From: an uncultured Solirubrobacterales bacterium
GTDB taxonomy: Bacteria > Actinomycetota > Thermoleophilia > Solirubrobacterales > Solirubrobacteraceae
Direction of reading: 5' to 3'
DNA: 64,000 bases
NCBI GenBank assembly: GCA_963723555.1
Contig: CAVRRC010000004.1
Coordinates: 41,643 to 105,642, forward strand
The notes beneath the pieces were generated by a model. That model made no database searches. It was not told the origin of the DNA and worked only from the letters and a program-made list of their open reading frames with translations. Each line of letters opens with the position of its first letter. The stretch's first letter is position 1. Below are positions 63,417 through 64,000 of this stretch, piece by piece. The position numbers and the translations under genes are program-made.

Positions 63417-64000
63417 TCAGGCGCAGACGCGTGAGCGGATCGCTTCGCGGGCGCGGTCGATGATCGTGTTGTCGTCGTGAAGGACGGCCGCGAGGTTGGC
63501 TCCGGCGAGGATCGCGCCGAGCTCGAACGCGAGCTGATCCGCGTCTGTATCGTGCGACAGGTCGGCGGCGGCATGTGCGTCGCGTGCGGTCTGCATGAGC
63601 AGCTCGCGCCATTGTTGCTGGTAGCTAGCGACGCGATCGCGGACGGCTCCGTGCCGGCCGCCCATCTCCGCAGAGACCGTCACGAAGAAACAGCCGCCGG
63701 GGAAGACGCGCTGCTCGACGTAGTCCAGGAATCCCTCGCAGAGCCGCAGCAGGCGTTGCCTTCCCGGTGGGCAGGCCGAGATCGCGGGGGTGACAACGTG
63801 GGTGATGAAGCTGGCCCGGGCGGTGTCGATCGTCGCCAACTGCAGTTGCTCCTTCGACCCGAACAGCACGTAGACGCTGCTCTTTGGCATCCCGGTAGCG
63901 GTCGCGAGCCGCGCGATCGAAATACCCTCGAGACCTTCGAGCGTTGCCAGCGCTGCCGCCTGTTCGAGCACGCGAGCGCGGGAGCGCTCTCCCGGAGCGC
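63417..64000 (-). CDS. TetR-family transcriptional regulator (5' end beyond the window)
   Basis: TetR HTH (LEGISIARLATATGMPKSSVYVLFGSKEQL). The frame stays open to nt 64000 (...PGERSRARVLEQAA). Confidence 0.85.
   Translation of the reverse strand, partial: APGERSRARVLEQAAALATLEGLEGISIARLATATGMPKSSVYVLFGSKEQLQLATIDTARASFITHVVTPAISACPPGRQRLLRLCEGFLDYVEQRVFPGGCFFVTVSAEMGGRHGAVRDRVASYQQQWRELLMQTARDAHAAADLSHDTDADQLAFELGAILAGANLAAVLHDDNTIIDRAREAIRSRVCA

Overview
This is a 64 kb, very GC-rich (about 70%) and gene-dense stretch that looks like an actinobacterial-type chromosome; the lineage is an inference. All family calls come from reading motifs in the supplied translations, since no BLAST or HMM search was possible. 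In order, the window holds: the distal part of an Mce lipid-uptake operon (one partial and four complete Mce genes); a membrane protein; an orphan NarL-class histidine kinase; a large-subunit catalase (katE); an acyl-CoA dehydrogenase/SDR/Zn-ADH/HAD operon; and a Tat-exported ferritin-like protein. A 657-bp repeat-rich divergent intergenic region follows. It leads into a translationally coupled response regulator / histidine kinase / response regulator triad and an amidohydrolase-DUF59-alcohol dehydrogenase trio. Next come ftsH, dodecin, a small DUF6295-like gene and a dienelactone hydrolase, then GNATs, a 2OG-Fe(II) oxygenase, a MocR regulator and an MFS exporter. A glycosidase locus follows, with a GH63-like gene, a PD40 beta-propeller gene and a GH38 gene. 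In this locus and just beyond it, three genes (GH63-like, beta-propeller, TPP enzyme) appear frameshifted. Further on is a ferredoxin / 4x Myb-like-repeat protein / DUF488 operon, divergent from an HTH regulator and the respiratory nitrate reductase narGHJI. After that come an L,D-transpeptidase lipoprotein, a methyltransferase and a CBS protein. A mobile-element scar follows, containing an IS1634-like remnant, mazEF and a truncated, frameshifted IS110 transposase. The window ends with a phosphodiester-glycosidase-like gene, two inverted tRNA-Ala genes, an ECF sigma/anti-sigma-like pair and a partial TetR gene. There is no CRISPR array, rRNA, prophage or recognisable defence island other than mazEF. 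The most interesting unexplained signals are: (i) a repeated AT-rich leader box shared by the fdxA/regulator promoter and narG, with a 7-codon uORF overlapping the narG start; (ii) the four-repeat Myb/SANT-like protein in the ferredoxin operon; (iii) the RR-HK-RR triad behind a long tandem-repeat-rich leader; (iv) the cluster of single-nucleotide frameshifts; and (v) several short tandem repeats, three of them in frame inside coding sequences.
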